A stretch of 64,000 nucleotides of DNA from Eledone cirrhosa. Its lineage: Eukaryota. Shown piece by piece: positions 44,361 to 59,379 of this stretch. The stretch lies in NCBI GenBank assembly GCA_964016885.1, contig OZ024742.1, positions 102,610,001 to 102,674,000 on the forward strand, read 5' to 3'. Position 1 is the first letter of the stretch; every line of letters begins with the position of its first letter. The position numbers were made by a program, and so were the translations under genes. The notes under the pieces were generated by a model. The model made no database searches, was not told where the DNA came from, and worked only from the letters and a program-made list of their open reading frames with translations.

Positions 44361-45164
44361 CTTTAGAAACATAAAACTGAAAGCTAGATAGATACCAAAT
44401 ATACAAATTGGCTTCTTATGTGGTTACTTAACTTGGTAGAAATAGCACATCAAATGACACCATGTCAACTTAAGAAAGTACGAGTGCCGTTCTTAATACC
44501 CTATGTAAATAAAGAAAAATGAGATATCCATGGCTAGAACACTTTTGAACACAAATCTGTTTGATCAGGACTATACAACCTGTACAGAAATTGGCAGTTC
44601 TAATAGGAATTAATGCAGATAAAATGGGTGGTTCAATAACATATCTCAAAAATTACAGAAGAAAATTTCAGTGTTTTCTTTTTTTTTTCTGTTAAATCTT
44701 TGCAAGAAGTGTGCCTTACAATCGATTTACTGAGAAGTTGGTGTTGTGAATTTTTTTGTCAATTCAATCCTGATAGACATACATCTTTTAAACTTATAAT
44801 AGAGCAAGCTAGAAGAAAAGTGATAGCTTTTAACATTTATAAAAGTCATTTCTTGGCGATTTTTTTAAAAAATTGGTAATTTTAACAGGGAATATGTAGA
44901 AGAATATACAAACGAAACAAAAATAAAGAAAAACAATCAAAACATTTTGTAGTTTCTATTTATGTGTTTGTATAATCAGAATTCGATTATTTAAAGTTTC
45001 ACATAAGTGAGAAAAATACTCGTGTGAAACTTTAAGTGATGCAGTTCTGAATCAAGCTGTTTTTACATAATATACGTACACACATTGAGATATGGTAAAT
45101 TATCAGAAACCACACCGAAGATACTACTACTACTATTGAAAATAAATCCTGCATTATATGATGA

Positions 45165-45835
45165 TGGTCGATCTCCATCGGTTTCGACTATAAGTTGTTT
45201 GACCAATGGAACAGCTTGCACATGAGATTACCGCATTCAAGACACATATACCTATAATATAATTATCAGAGAAATTCAGCGGCCGAAATGGGGTTCCTCA
45301 TGAGGGTCTTTGGAATAACGTTACTCGATAGGGTGCGTAGCTTGGAGATCAGTGCGTCTCTGCAGAGAGAACCGCTACTTCTCTGAATTGAGAGACCCGT
45401 CCCGATATTACGGTTAGATTGTCTCAGGAAAAAATCGCTGGACAAATTTTACGGAAAAACTAACCGGCGGGGGACCCCTAGATGGTTAGATAACATCCAT
45501 GAGCTCGGTTGGTCTCGCTTGGGGATCCAGCCGGATTGATTGGAGACGGTCGCTTCTGACAGGACCCGCTGGAAAAGTGTTTGAGGACTCTGCCCCCACG
45601 ACTCTTTCAAGAAGAAGTGGGTGATGAAGAAGATTCGGCGTGATAGTGTGTGACATGACTGGCCCTTTGAATTACAGTTACAGTCCGTCCAACGGGCTTA
45701 CAAACAGTTTCCGTCTATCCAATTTCATTCAGAAAGCTTGGATTAACATAAATGACATTTGCTTTTCCAAAAATGCCACGTAGTGTGCTCGAACTCTATA
45801 CATCATGATTGCAAAGCGAACTTCTTATGCTGCGT
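45165..45835 (-). mobile_element. Family C SINE interrupted by an RTE fragment
   Basis: Aligns with 13495-13837 on both sides of 45282-45632. Confidence 0.7.
45282..45632 (+). mobile_element. 3' fragment of a third RTE type (Expander-like) with (GAA)-rich tail
   Basis: AEMGFLMRVFGITLLDRVRSLEISASLQREPLLL*IER. Imperfect TSD ATTCAGCG / ATTCGGCG. Confidence 0.75.
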
Positions 45836-46239
45836 TCACATGCGCATTATATGTAAACATAATAAACTGACGTTAAATTATATTACATTTTGATAAAATA
45901 ATGCTCAAGTTTACCTTATTTATGTTTGGCATTTTGTATCCACAATTTGTCAGTGAGTGGGTTTATAAAAACATTTTGGTCGATTGAAACTTTAAAACTA
46001 AACACTATTTTCTTAGTTTCATGAGCCCTTGCAATCTCTACAGGTTTTAAATGCAGTTAAAGAAAAGCATAAAATAAATTAGCAGTTAATGTCGGAAGAA
46101 TGTAACATCAACAGATTTGTAGCGAGTTCGATTAAATTTACTCTTATATGTTACTTATTATATCGCCGCAAAATATACGAAAAGCAAAATCGACACCTAC
46201 ATGATTTGAAATCAGAATGAACAGATTCGAGATGCATAT

Positions 46240-46286
<47 letters not shown>

Positions 46287-47002
46287 AGCATTTAGTATAC
46301 GACTGCCTTTCGCTCGTCTTTTAACGATAATATGGAAACATTTTCACTTCTAGAAAGTTTGTCAATTACGGTTAATTATAAAAATGAAAATGAAGATACG
46401 TCTTCTTAAGTTCAAGAAATCAAAAGTAACGGTGATTTATAAAAACCTTTTAATTAAATATTTATTAAAGATATTTTGAGATATTAAATTAATTTTCAAT
46501 ATAAAATCGCTACTTTATCCAATAAAACGCTTTTTCTAAGGTTATATTATTTCACCAATGTTTTAGTCGAATTTCGTGTTTCAATTCCTCATTTTACTTT
46601 AACCAGTAATGAGGTGCTGCCCCATAGCTATGCTAAGAAAAGACAGAAAAACATAATTTACAAAGTTAGGGTCACATAAACTTTTCCTTAAATTAACAAA
46701 TGTTTTACTTAAGCTATAGTTAATGTCAAATCATAATTCGATAACATTTTTTAATGTTAATGTAAACAAAAGTTATCGCAGACTGTTAACAAGTATGAAA
46801 GCACATATGCATCGGTATTTGAATGACAAAGTACTATTACAGGGTTATTCTTCCAATATTGGCTAATATTTCGTGTAAAGTATGAGTTTGATTGCGATGC
46901 AAAAGTGGTAGCAGCATTTTAATGTGTTGCATCCACTTTTTTAAGAAACAATTTTCTGTGTGCTGATGTTTATCCTATATATTCAATAATATTATATATA
47001 TC

Positions 47003-47090
47003 AGGATATTCCATATGTATATCACTGTATCACTCCTGTCTTCGCTCCAGGGAGTTGAGCTTTAGTTCTTTCATTCTCTCCCAGTAGCTC
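47003..47090. repeat. Dispersed repeat, copy of 47843-47932
   Basis: CAGG(A/G)TATTC(C/T)ATATGTATATCACTG..GCTCCAGGGAGT..CTCTCCCAGTAGCT. Confidence 0.7.
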
Positions 47091-47229
47091 ATCTCCTTCA
47101 TTGAAGCAATCCTCTTGGTATAGCTTTGTTGGATTGCTTAAAGTTCTGCAGTTAGTTTGACAATGTAGGGTGACCATAGCTGAGAGCAATAGTTCACTTG
47201 ACTGAGAGAAATGTCCTCCAGAGGACATA

Positions 47230-47455
47230 GCCCACCCTGTAAAGTGGTTGTGTAGGCGTCACGACAAAAAGCACCCGGCACTCACTGTAAATGAGGTTGA
47301 CGCTAGGAAGGGTATTCAGCTGTAGAAATCTAGCCAAAAATCTGTTCTGTATGAGCAAGACATGGTCACCTGACCTGGCATTGTTCACAACAGGATAACG
47401 CGTCTAACACATGCCAGCATGGAAAAATGGACGTTAAACAGAGATGATGATGATA
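47230..47455 (+). mobile_element. RTE long 3'-UTR or SINE tail copy
   Basis: Homologous to 38090-38340. (GAT)n tail. Confidence 0.75.
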
Positions 47456-47471
47456 TATGTATATATATATA

Positions 47472-47820
47472 TTACTCTTTTATATGTTCCAGCTGACTGG
47501 CTGAGGTTATATTGGGTCACTGCCATTGACGCTACACTTTCAATAGCCACCCTTCCTTGGGTGGTTATTGATGTAAGACAGTTTGTTGCAGCTGCCCGTA
47601 TATGTGCTTTGCTTAGTGCTGTGGGTTTGTCTTAGATCTTGGTTAGCAGGATGTCCAAATGTTTCTTGAAAGCATCTACATGCACACCATGTAGATCTTT
47701 CAGATTTTTTGGCAGCTTATTAAAGAGCTGGGGGCCTTTAAACCACAGGCTATTGCAGTATCTGATCTTTATTCTTGATGTGAAGGATGGGGCCTTGGGC
47801 ACTACATAGTGGCACAATGT
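47472..47820 (-). mobile_element. CR1-group LINE 3' end
   Basis: NSLWFKGPQLFNKLPKNLKDLHGVHVDAFKKHLDILLTKI, then a 3' UTR like that of 1-201. Confidence 0.75.
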
Positions 47821-47934
47821 CAAAGTGTTGTACTAGTCTTTCCAGGGTATTCTATATGTATATCACTGTGTATCTCTCCTGTCTTTGCTCCAGGGAGTAG
47901 AGTTTCTGTTCCTTCAGCCTCTCCCAGTAGCTTT

Positions 47935-48288
47935 TTGTCATGACACCAACATGACCACTTTACAGTGTGAACCAGACGTTTTTTGTTGTACATGACCACT
48001 TTACAGTGTGGACTGGGCAATTTTTGTTGTGGCACCAAAACAAACACTTTACAATGTGGTCTGGAGGCTAGATGGGGCAGGTGCATGTATATAGCATGGG
48101 AGGAGGCGGGTGAAGGGTGGAGTGTTAGGACATGGGAAGTATATGAGGGGTGGGGGTTCATATAAGATATATGCTTCAAACAATGCATCTGGGAAGGTGG
48201 GTCTTCTGCATAATGCCAGAGATCTTGATCCTGTGCCATCACCTTTGAGAGGTGCAATTGTGCAAGGTCAGCTTTTATCACCTCATCA
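47935..48288 (-). mobile_element. RTE 3' fragment with part of the long 3' UTR
   Basis: DEVIKADLAQLHLSKVMAQDQDLWHYA matches the C-terminus at 37865-37970. Confidence 0.7.
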
Positions 48289-49452
48289 CTGGGCTCCAAC
48301 ACTGATGTCATCTACCTTGATTTCAGCAAGGCCTTTGACAGGGTTAATCATAAGATTCTACTGAAAAAACTATCCAATGTTGGTGTCTCTGGAAGGTTAC
48401 TACAGTGGATCAAATGTTTCCTGACAGACAGAACCCAGCTTGTTGTAGTCGAAGGAGTAAAATCAAGCCCTGCCAAAGTCAGCAGTGGCATCCCACATGG
48501 CACTGTGTTGGGCCCACTTCTTTTCATCATCTACATTAATGACATTACTGACATCAAGCACAGCAACATAAGAATCTTCGCAGATGATTCCAAGCTCCAA
48601 AGGGTCATCAATGAGGTGGGTGACCGGACTTGCCTTCAGTCAGACCTACTGGCTGTTATCCAATGGGAAGAGATGAATAATATGCTGTTGAATGAGGATA
48701 AATTTGAACTAATCCACTTTGGAAAAAAGGATGCCCTGAAACTACCATACTCTCTTCCTTCGGTTGAAACTCTAGTCGCATCCAGAATGTGTTCCTGGAT
48801 CCTTAGAACTTTCCAGTCGAGAGATATCCACACTGTTATCCTTCTCTTCTCCACTTTTGCCCGACCCCACCTTGAATACTGTTGTCCACTGTGGTCACCC
48901 CACACGAAACAAAGTATCATGAAAGTTGAAGCACCCCAAAGGTCAATTACAAAAAAGATAGATGGCATGACAGGCCTTAACTATTGGGGTCGACTAGAAA
49001 AGCTCAACCTTTACCCTCTCCAACGTCGCCGTGAGCACTACATTATCTGCATGATGTGGAAAATATTCCATCAGCTTTGCCCAAATGATGTTGGCATCAC
49101 CTTTAATGTACACCCAAGGTTTGGGCCCCGTGCTATCCGTCCATGACAAAAATCGCACTCGCATCTCATAACAATACGGCACAATTATTTCACCTCAATT
49201 GGCCCCGCTCTCTTTAACATTACACCAAAACACATCAAAGCAGAGACAGACCCCATCAAGTTCAAAAAGTCTTTGGATAAATTCCTTCAAGAAATCCCGG
49301 ATAAGCCTCCTACACTCAGATATGCCTCCATAAAGAATAACTCTCTGCTCGAGTGGCCCATGGTGCCCAAACACTGATTTGTAAGACTTCACCAGGTGGT
49401 GCTATTAAATTAGACATGGCCTGGGCTAATACTGGCCGAAACCTATCAAAGT
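48289..49452 (+). mobile_element. 5'-truncated CR1-group LINE, RT to 3' end
   Basis: DVIYLDFSKAFDRV, SGIPHGTVLGPLLFIIYIND, FADDSKL, RPHLEYCCPLWSPH, LQRRREH, GPALFN, FKKSLDKFLQEIPDKP. Internal deletion near 48780 and a stop at 49146. Confidence 0.9.
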
Positions 49453-49454
49453 TG

Positions 49455-50600
<1,146 letters not shown>

Positions 50601-50601
50601 G

Positions 50602-50721
50602 TGAAGGCGTGTAGCTGAGTGGTTAGAGAATTGGATTTACAATCGTGAGGTCGTGAGTTCGATTCCCGAACCGGGCGATGCGTTATGTCCTTGAGCAAGA
50701 CACTTTATTTCACGTTGCTCC
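50602..50721 (+). mobile_element. SINE 5' half (tRNA-like head)
   Basis: TAGCTGAGTGG A-box, GAGTTCGATTCC B-box, TGTCCTTGAGCAAGACACTTTATTTCAC. Confidence 0.8.
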
Positions 50722-50937
50722 TTCTACCTGGAGTTGCGACCGATAGATAGTATTAGCAATTGAAAAGACCCCTGGAAACATTGTTTCCTCGGTCCGATTT
50801 GACGAAAGTCGATCGACTGTCGATATATAATATATACAATATATATATAATATATACAATACATATATAATATATACAATATATATATAATATATATATA
50901 CAATATATATTTATAATATATATATATATACAATATA

Positions 50938-51516
50938 CGAGGGCAATCCCAAAAGTAAGGTCTCCAAAGCGATGGGGACGCAGAGAAACTGTTTGTACAG
51001 CTGTTGGCAACACTGTTGTGATTGGTGCTTCCTTCACTCCCAAACAAGCATGCGCGCGCTTCGGTGAGATGGTCAATCTTGGTTTGGCAGCCGTTGAGAA
51101 TGGAGCTCCCGTTGAACGCTACCGCCAAGTGCGAAGTTCGTGGAGTTATTCAGTTTTTGAACGCAAAAGGCGTTGAACCGATTGAAATTCAGCGCCAATT
51201 GACGGAAGTGTATGGACAGTTGTGCATAGATGTCAAAAACTTTGCAAGTGGTGTAGAGAGTTTACAGCCGGTCGTACTGAAATTCACGACGGACAAAGGA
51301 GCGAGAGACCGTCAATTTCCCATGAGACAGTCGCAAAGGTTGAGGAAAACTTGGGCACACCTTCCAATATCGCAACTTTTCCATTAAAATCTTGTGGATG
51401 GTGCTTCGGGAAACCTCAGGAACCAAAATGCAGAGTGATCCACCGATCTTTACTCATGTTTTCCTCAACCTTTGTTCGTCGTGAATTTCAGTACAACTGG
51501 CTGTAAACTCTCTACA
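50938..51516 (+). mobile_element. Mariner transposon 5' remnant (left TIR and N-terminal HTH) with an inverted internal copy
   Basis: TA|CGAGGGCAATCCCAAAAGTAAGGTCTCC. MELPLNATAKCEVRGVIQFLNAKGVEPIEIQRQLTEVYG / KWCREFTAGRTEIHDGQRSERPS. Confidence 0.85.
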
Positions 51517-51629
51517 TTTATTTATAATAAATGTTCGGTAAACACATACGTACATATATATATGTGTGCATGTATGTATGTTTATGCATACTACTGTACG
51601 TCTGTATACATATATGTATGTATGTATAC

Positions 51630-53506
51630 ATACATATATATAATATATATATATAATATACATATATAATATATACAATATAAACATATATAATATATAT
51701 ATATACAATATATAATATATATATATACAATATATACATATATAATATATATATATACAATATATACATATATAATATATATATATATACAATATATACA
51801 TATATAATATATATATATATACAATATATACATATATAATATATATATATATACAATATATACATATATAATATATATATATATACAATATATACATATA
51901 TAATATATATATATATACAATATATACATATATAATATATATATATATACAATATATACATATATAATATATATATATACAATATATACATATATAATAT
52001 ATATATATATACAATATATAATATATATATACAATATATACATATATAATATATATATATACATATATAATATATAATATATATATATACATATATAATA
52101 TATAATATATATATATACATATATAATATATACAATATATAATATATAATATATACAATATATACATATATAATATATATATATACAATATATATATATA
52201 TATAATATATATATATATATATACAATATGTACATATATAATATATATATTTACAATATATACATATATAATATACATATATACAATATATACATATATA
52301 TACATATATAATATATACATATATAATATACATATATACAATAGATACATATATATACATATATAATATATACATATATATACATATATAATATATATAT
52401 ATATATACAATATATAGATATACAATATATATATAATATATATATACATACAATATATATATATATAATATATATATATACAATATATATATAATATATA
52501 ATATATATATAATATATATATATACAATATATATATACAATATATATATAATATATACAATATATATATAATATATATATAATATATATATATACAATAT
52601 ATATATAATATATATATATATAATATATATATAAAATATATATATAATATATATATATACAATATATATATACAATATATATATAATATATACAATATAT
52701 ATATAATATATATATAATATATATATATACAATATATATATAATATATATATATATATAATATATATATAAAATATATATATACAATATATATATAATAT
52801 ATATATATATACAATATATATACAATATATATATATATACAATATAAATACAATATATATATAATATATATATATATACAATATATATATATACAATATA
52901 TATATAATATATATATATACAATATATATATAATATATATATATACGATATATATATACAATATATATATATATAATATATATATATATATATACAATAT
53001 ATATATAATATATATATACAATATATATACAATATATATATAATATATATACAATATATATATAATATATATACAATATATATATAATATATATACAATA
53101 TATATATAATATATATAAATACAATATATATATAATAAATATAAATACAATATATATATAATATATATAAATACAATATATGTATAATATATTTAAATAC
53201 AATATATATATAATATATATATATATACAATATATATATAATATATATATATATACAATATATATATAATATATATATATATACAATATATATACAATAT
53301 ATATATATATACAATATATATACAATATATATATATATACAATATATATATAATATATATATATATACAATATATATACAATATATATATACAATATATA
53401 TATAAATATATATATAATATATATATATACAATATATATATAATATATATATATACAATATATATATAATATATATATATATAGAATATATATATAATAT
53501 ATATCC

Positions 53507-53539
<33 letters not shown>

Positions 53540-53665
53540 CAATATATATATATATACAATATATAATATATATCCAATATATATATATACAATATATATA
53601 TATACAATATATATATATATATACAATATATATATACAATATAATATATATATATATATATATAT

Positions 53666-53703
<38 letters not shown>

Positions 53704-53768
53704 CAATATAGTATATATATATATATTTATACAATATAATATAATATATATATATATATATATATATA
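51630..53768. repeat. AT-rich minisatellite (units like TATATACAATATATACATATATAA)
   Basis: Direct observation. Confidence 0.95.
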
Positions 53769-53868
53769 GTTGTAAAATGGTCCAATAAATTTATGTTAGC
53801 AATATTAAGTTCTCCACGCTTTTGTATATCTCCAATTCCATTCAAGATGATGTAAAACGGAGTATAAG

Positions 53869-54237
53869 TATCAAAATGAAAATCCGAAGGCAAGGAAAAA
53901 TTCCAATCATTTCATCTCGACACATGTTTCAATAAGAGATAGAGCGATTGTGAAGCCATGAACGATTATCACTGATCTGATCAGGTGAAAATGAATTGTC
54001 TTCAAACTCCTGATATGTAGGAGAAAAATAACGATGTTCTCTCACAGAATATGAGGGAATGAATTCTGTGAACATCATTATTTTTCTCCCTCATATCAGG
54101 AGTTTGAAGACAATTCATTTTCACCTGATGAGATAAGTGATAATCGATGATGGCTTCACAATCGATCTATCTCTTATTGAAACATGTGTCTTGATTAAAT
54201 GATTGGAATTTTACCTTGCCTTCAGATTTTCATTTTG

Positions 54238-54240
<3 letters not shown>
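53869..54240. mobile_element. ~370-bp imperfect palindrome carrying hammerhead-like motifs (Penelope-like fold-back unit)
   Basis: 53869-54050 is the reverse complement of 54063-54240. Right arm: CTGATGG..long stem II..GAAACATGTGTC. Confidence 0.7.
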
Positions 54241-54715
<475 letters not shown>

Positions 54716-54719
<4 letters not shown>

Positions 54720-55052
54720 AATGAATAATAACAGGTAGACATCATAAAAAGGTAATTTATTCCGTGTGCTTACAAGTGTTTCCACGGTGGTACTGCAGCC
54801 TAGTTCCGCTACGTGCAAATTCACAAGTATTTGCAGAACTCGAATATCCAATGCTGTGACCACTGTTTCCACCTTTTTATGATGTCTACCTGTTATTATT
54901 CATTCTTTATATACACTCCGGAATACTGAAGGATCAGGAACTAAGTTTCTTGAACAATTCTTCCATAACTCGTAGAGTAACCTCTTACCGTACGTCAACC
55001 ATATCCAGTGTAGTAATTAACCATCACTACATCTTGGATTATCCTATACCTA
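54716..55052 (+). mobile_element. Small Penelope-like unit with ~38-bp perfect inverted repeat and degenerate hammerhead core
   Basis: 54716-54753 is the reverse complement of 54871-54908. CTGAAGGA TCAGGAAC TAA GTTTCTT GAAC at ~54926. Confidence 0.55.
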
Positions 55053-55108
55053 ATATATATATATATATATATATATACACAAAATAATATATATATATAT
55101 ACAAAATA

Positions 55109-55139
<31 letters not shown>

Positions 55140-55211
55140 TATACATATATATATATACAAAATAATATATATATATATATATACAAAATAATATATATAT
55201 ATATATATACA

Positions 55212-55246
<35 letters not shown>

Positions 55247-55604
55247 AAATATATATATATATATATATATATACACAAAATATATATATATATATATATA
55301 CAAAATAATATATATATATATATATACACAATAATATATATATATATATATACACAATAATATATATATATATATACACAATAATATATATATATATACA
55401 AAATAATATATATATATATACAAAATAATATATATATATACAAAATAATATATATATACAAAATAATATATATATACAAAATAATATATATATATACAAA
55501 ATAATATATATATATATATACAATATAATATATATATATATACAATATAATATATATACAATATAACATATATATATATATATATATACAATATAATATA
55601 TATA

Positions 55605-55910
55605 TCATCATCATCATTTTACGTCCACTTTTCTCTGCTTGCAAGGGTGGGACAGGAACTGATTCTGGTTTGATTTCTACAGTTGGATGCCCTTCCTAAC
55701 ACCAACGTCATTTACAGTGAGTGCTGGGTGCTTTTTTGCCGTGGTACCTACACGACCACTATACATCTCATTTTTACAGCTGAGTAAACTGGAGCAATGT
55801 GAAATAAAGTGTCTTACTCAAGGAAACAACACATCACCCGGTCTGAGAATTGAACTCACAACCTTTTGATTGCAAGGACAATGCTCTAACCACTAAGCCA
55901 TGTGCCTCCA
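55605..55910 (-). mobile_element. Family B SINE
   Basis: Aligns with 34338-34640 and 38383-38642. Confidence 0.85.
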
Positions 55911-56665
55911 TATATATATACAATATAATATATGTATATATATACAATATAATATATATATATATATACAATATAATATATATATACAATATAATATATG
56001 TATATATATATACAATATAATATATATATACAATATAATATATGTATATATATACAATATAATATATATATACAATATAATATATATATATATATACAAT
56101 ATAATATATATATACAATATAATATATGTATATATATACAATATAATATATATATACAATATAATATATATATACAATATATATATATATAATATATATA
56201 CAATATAATATATATATATATATAATATATATACAATATAATATATATATATATATAATATATATACAATATAATATATATATATATACAATATAATATA
56301 TATATATTAATATTTACTAGTTGTAACCCAACAATTTAAATATAACTTTCCATACAATATAATATAAATATATATACAATATAATATATATATATATATA
56401 TATAATATATATACAATATAATATATATATATATATATATAATATATATACAATATAATATATATATATATATATATAATATATATACAATATAATATAT
56501 ATATATATATAATATATATACAATATAATATATATATATATAATATATATACAATATAATATATATATATATATATAATATATATACAATATAATATATA
56601 TATACAATATAATATATATATACAATATAATATATATATACAATATAATATATATATACAATATA

Positions 56666-56698
<33 letters not shown>

Positions 56699-56702
56699 AT
56701 AG

Positions 56703-56733
<31 letters not shown>

Positions 56734-56749
56734 TATAATATATATATAT

Positions 56750-56980
56750 ATCTGAGAGATTTGCATGGTGTGGAGGTGGATGTCTTCAAGAAACATCTTG
56801 ACACCTTGCTATCCAGGATCCCGGATGAGCCCACAGCAAGGCACAGGGGAAACCCAAGGGCAGCAGCAACAAACTTCCTCTTGCACCAGTGGTCAACCCA
56901 TACATGCTGGAGATAAAATGTGTAGCAATAAGTGCGGTGCCTCAGCATGGCCTCAGCCGGATGGCTGGAACAGGTAATAC
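56750..56980 (+). mobile_element. CR1-group LINE 3' end
   Basis: LRDLHGVEVDVFKKHLDTLLSRIPDEPTA..; GCGGTGCCTCAGCATGGCC 3' UTR. Confidence 0.75.
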
Positions 56981-57279
56981 CCCGTCCATTATCACACCCC
57001 TAGATTCCTATCGCTTTCTCTTGATCATTAGCAGCTTCTCTTACTACTAATACATGCCGATACACACCCTTATATTAATATAATTTTGCTCATAGCTTCG
57101 TACTTATATGCACACACTCTTTTACTCACACATACACACACATTTCTTCTTAGCTTCGTACGGACCTATAATAACACACACACACATGCTTATGCATGTG
57201 CTCAAGTATAGCTCTTTTTACAAAACTTTTTTTTCTCCATTTCAGGTAGACGCACTCCATCATCCACTTTTCTAAAAAA

Positions 57280-57550
57280 CAAATCATACACAAAACGCCA
57301 GCACCAACAATTTTGCAAGAGATGTCAACATGAATGGACCTGTTATTTTTATCTAAAGACATTTTTTTCCAATTCCATCCCGCCCGTCCCCTTAATCTAT
57401 CTTATTTCTCATTCTTTCTTCTGGTGAAGGACTAGCGTTCGAAACATTAAGACCCTCTTCCTGCTATATCAAGCGTTAACCTAATATATACCTTCCATAT
57501 ACTGTACCGATTGTGTTGTTATTTCTGTTTACCTTTTACATACATATATA
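57280..57550 (+). mobile_element. Penelope-like terminal repeat with hammerhead-like motif, copy 1
   Basis: CTGGTGAA GGAC TAGC GTTC GAAA CATTAAGA at 57421. Aligns with 58165-58370 plus 58893-58945. Confidence 0.65.
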
Positions 57551-57563
57551 TTTTTTTTTTTCC

Positions 57564-57878
57564 ATTTTACGTCCACTTATTCCCTGCTTGCAAGGAACTG
57601 ATTCTGGCTTGATTTCTACAGCTGGATGCCCTTCCTAACACCAACCTTATTTACAGTGAGTGCTGGGTGCTTTTTTGTCGTGGTACCTCCACGACCACTT
57701 TGCAGTGGAATGATATGGACCCCAATCCCTATCATCTCATTTCTACAGCTGAGTAAACTGGAGCAATGTGAAATAAAGTGTCTTGCTCAAGGAAACAACA
57801 CATCACCCGGTCTGAGAATTGAACTCACAACCTTTCGATTGCAAGGCCAATGCTCTAACCACTAAGCCATGTGCCTCC
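57564..57878 (-). mobile_element. Family B SINE
   Basis: Aligns with 34338-34640. Confidence 0.85.
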
Positions 57879-58164
57879 TAGATAATATATGTATATGTAA
57901 ATAATATATATCATGTATGTATATAATATATAATTTATATATATAATATATCATCATCATCGTTTAACATCTATCTTCCACGCTAGCATGTGTTAGACGA
58001 GAAATTGTCCCACTTGAAGCAAGATTGATCGAGTAACCATATCTCGCTCATACAATATATAATGTATATATATATATATAATATATACAAATATATGATA
58101 TATATATATATATAATATATACATATATATAACATATATATATATATATAATATATAAAAATAT

Positions 58165-58945
58165 ATCATACAGAAAATGCCAGCATCAACAGTTTTCCAA
58201 GAGATGGCAATATGAATGGACCTGCTATTTTTCTCTAAGAACAATATTTTACAATTCCACCCCGCCCGTCCCGTCAATCTTTCTAATTTCTCATTCTTTC
58301 TTCTGATGAAGGACTGGCATCCCAAACATTAAGATCCTCTTCCTGCTATTTCAAGCGTTAACCTAATATATTCATGTGGACATGTGATGCGTATGAAGGA
58401 TGACAGCTGCATAAAAAGGTGCAGAGCACTAGAAGTCGATGGAAATCGCGGAGTGAGGAGACCCAAGACGACCTGAGATGAGGTGATAAAAGCCGACCTT
58501 ATCCAATTACACCTCTCAAAGGCGATGACACACGACCGTGACCTCTGGCGTCACGCAGTAATACAGAAGACCCGACCCCCCACGGGTACAAGCCGAAGAT
58601 GAAGCATATAGACAATATGACCCCACACCCTCCCACTGCAAAGTGGTCGTGGAGGTGCCACAGCAAAAAAGCACCCAGCACACACTGTAAAGTGGACGTG
58701 TAGGCGCTCACTGTAAATGAGGTTGGTGTTAGGAAGGGCATCCAGCTGTAGAAATCAAGCCAGATCAGTTCCCGTATGAGCAAGACAAGGTCAGACAACC
58801 GGACACTGCCCACAACAGGACAACCCGTCTAACCCATGCTAGCGTGGAAGAACGGACGTAAAACGGTGATGATGATGATGATGATGATGATTCCTTCCAT
58901 ATACTGTATCGATTGTTAGTTCTGTTTACCTTTTACATACATATA
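58165..58945 (+). mobile_element. Penelope-like terminal repeat, copy 2, split by an RTE insertion
   Basis: CTGATGAA GGAC TGGC ATCC CAAA CATTAAGA at 58303. Sequence resumes with CCTTCCATATACTGTA at 58893. Confidence 0.65.
58371..58892 (+). mobile_element. RTE 3' fragment with long 3' UTR and (GAT)n tail
   Basis: GHVMRMKDDSCIKRCRALEVDGNRGVRRPKTT*DEVIKADL matches 37765-37970. The UTR matches 38040-38340. Confidence 0.85.
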
Positions 58946-59039
58946 TAAAATTATAATATACATATATATATATCTAGTAGGCACCTCTTAACCACTATAC
59001 CACCACCCACCCACTACTGTCCACACTGAACAAAACATA

Positions 59040-59268
59040 TCCAGCCCACAATGTATAGTGGTAGTGTAGGTGTGATGAGAAAAAGCACCCAGTACTCACT
59101 GTAAATGTGGTTGGCAATAGGAAGGGCATAGTCCGTAGAAACCTGGTCAGAAACAGTTCTATATGAGTAAGACACAGTAACCTGACCTAACTTGACTCAA
59201 ATGGGACAAACCGTCTAACCCATGCTAGCGTGTAAAATGGACATTAAACAATGATGATAATGATGATG
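59040..59268 (+). mobile_element. RTE long 3'-UTR or SINE tail copy
   Basis: GGTTGGCAATAGGAAGGGCAT..CCCATGCTAGCGTG..TGATGAT. Confidence 0.7.
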
Positions 59269-59379
59269 AATATATAATATACATATATATAATACATGTA
59301 TATATAAAATGCATACATGTATAGTTTTTCTTCTCTCATATATATATATGTATTCATATATATATATATATATATATAT

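Noticed and set aside
50602-50675. tRNA gene
   Set aside because: It has A and B boxes but no proper acceptor stem, and it continues into a SINE body.
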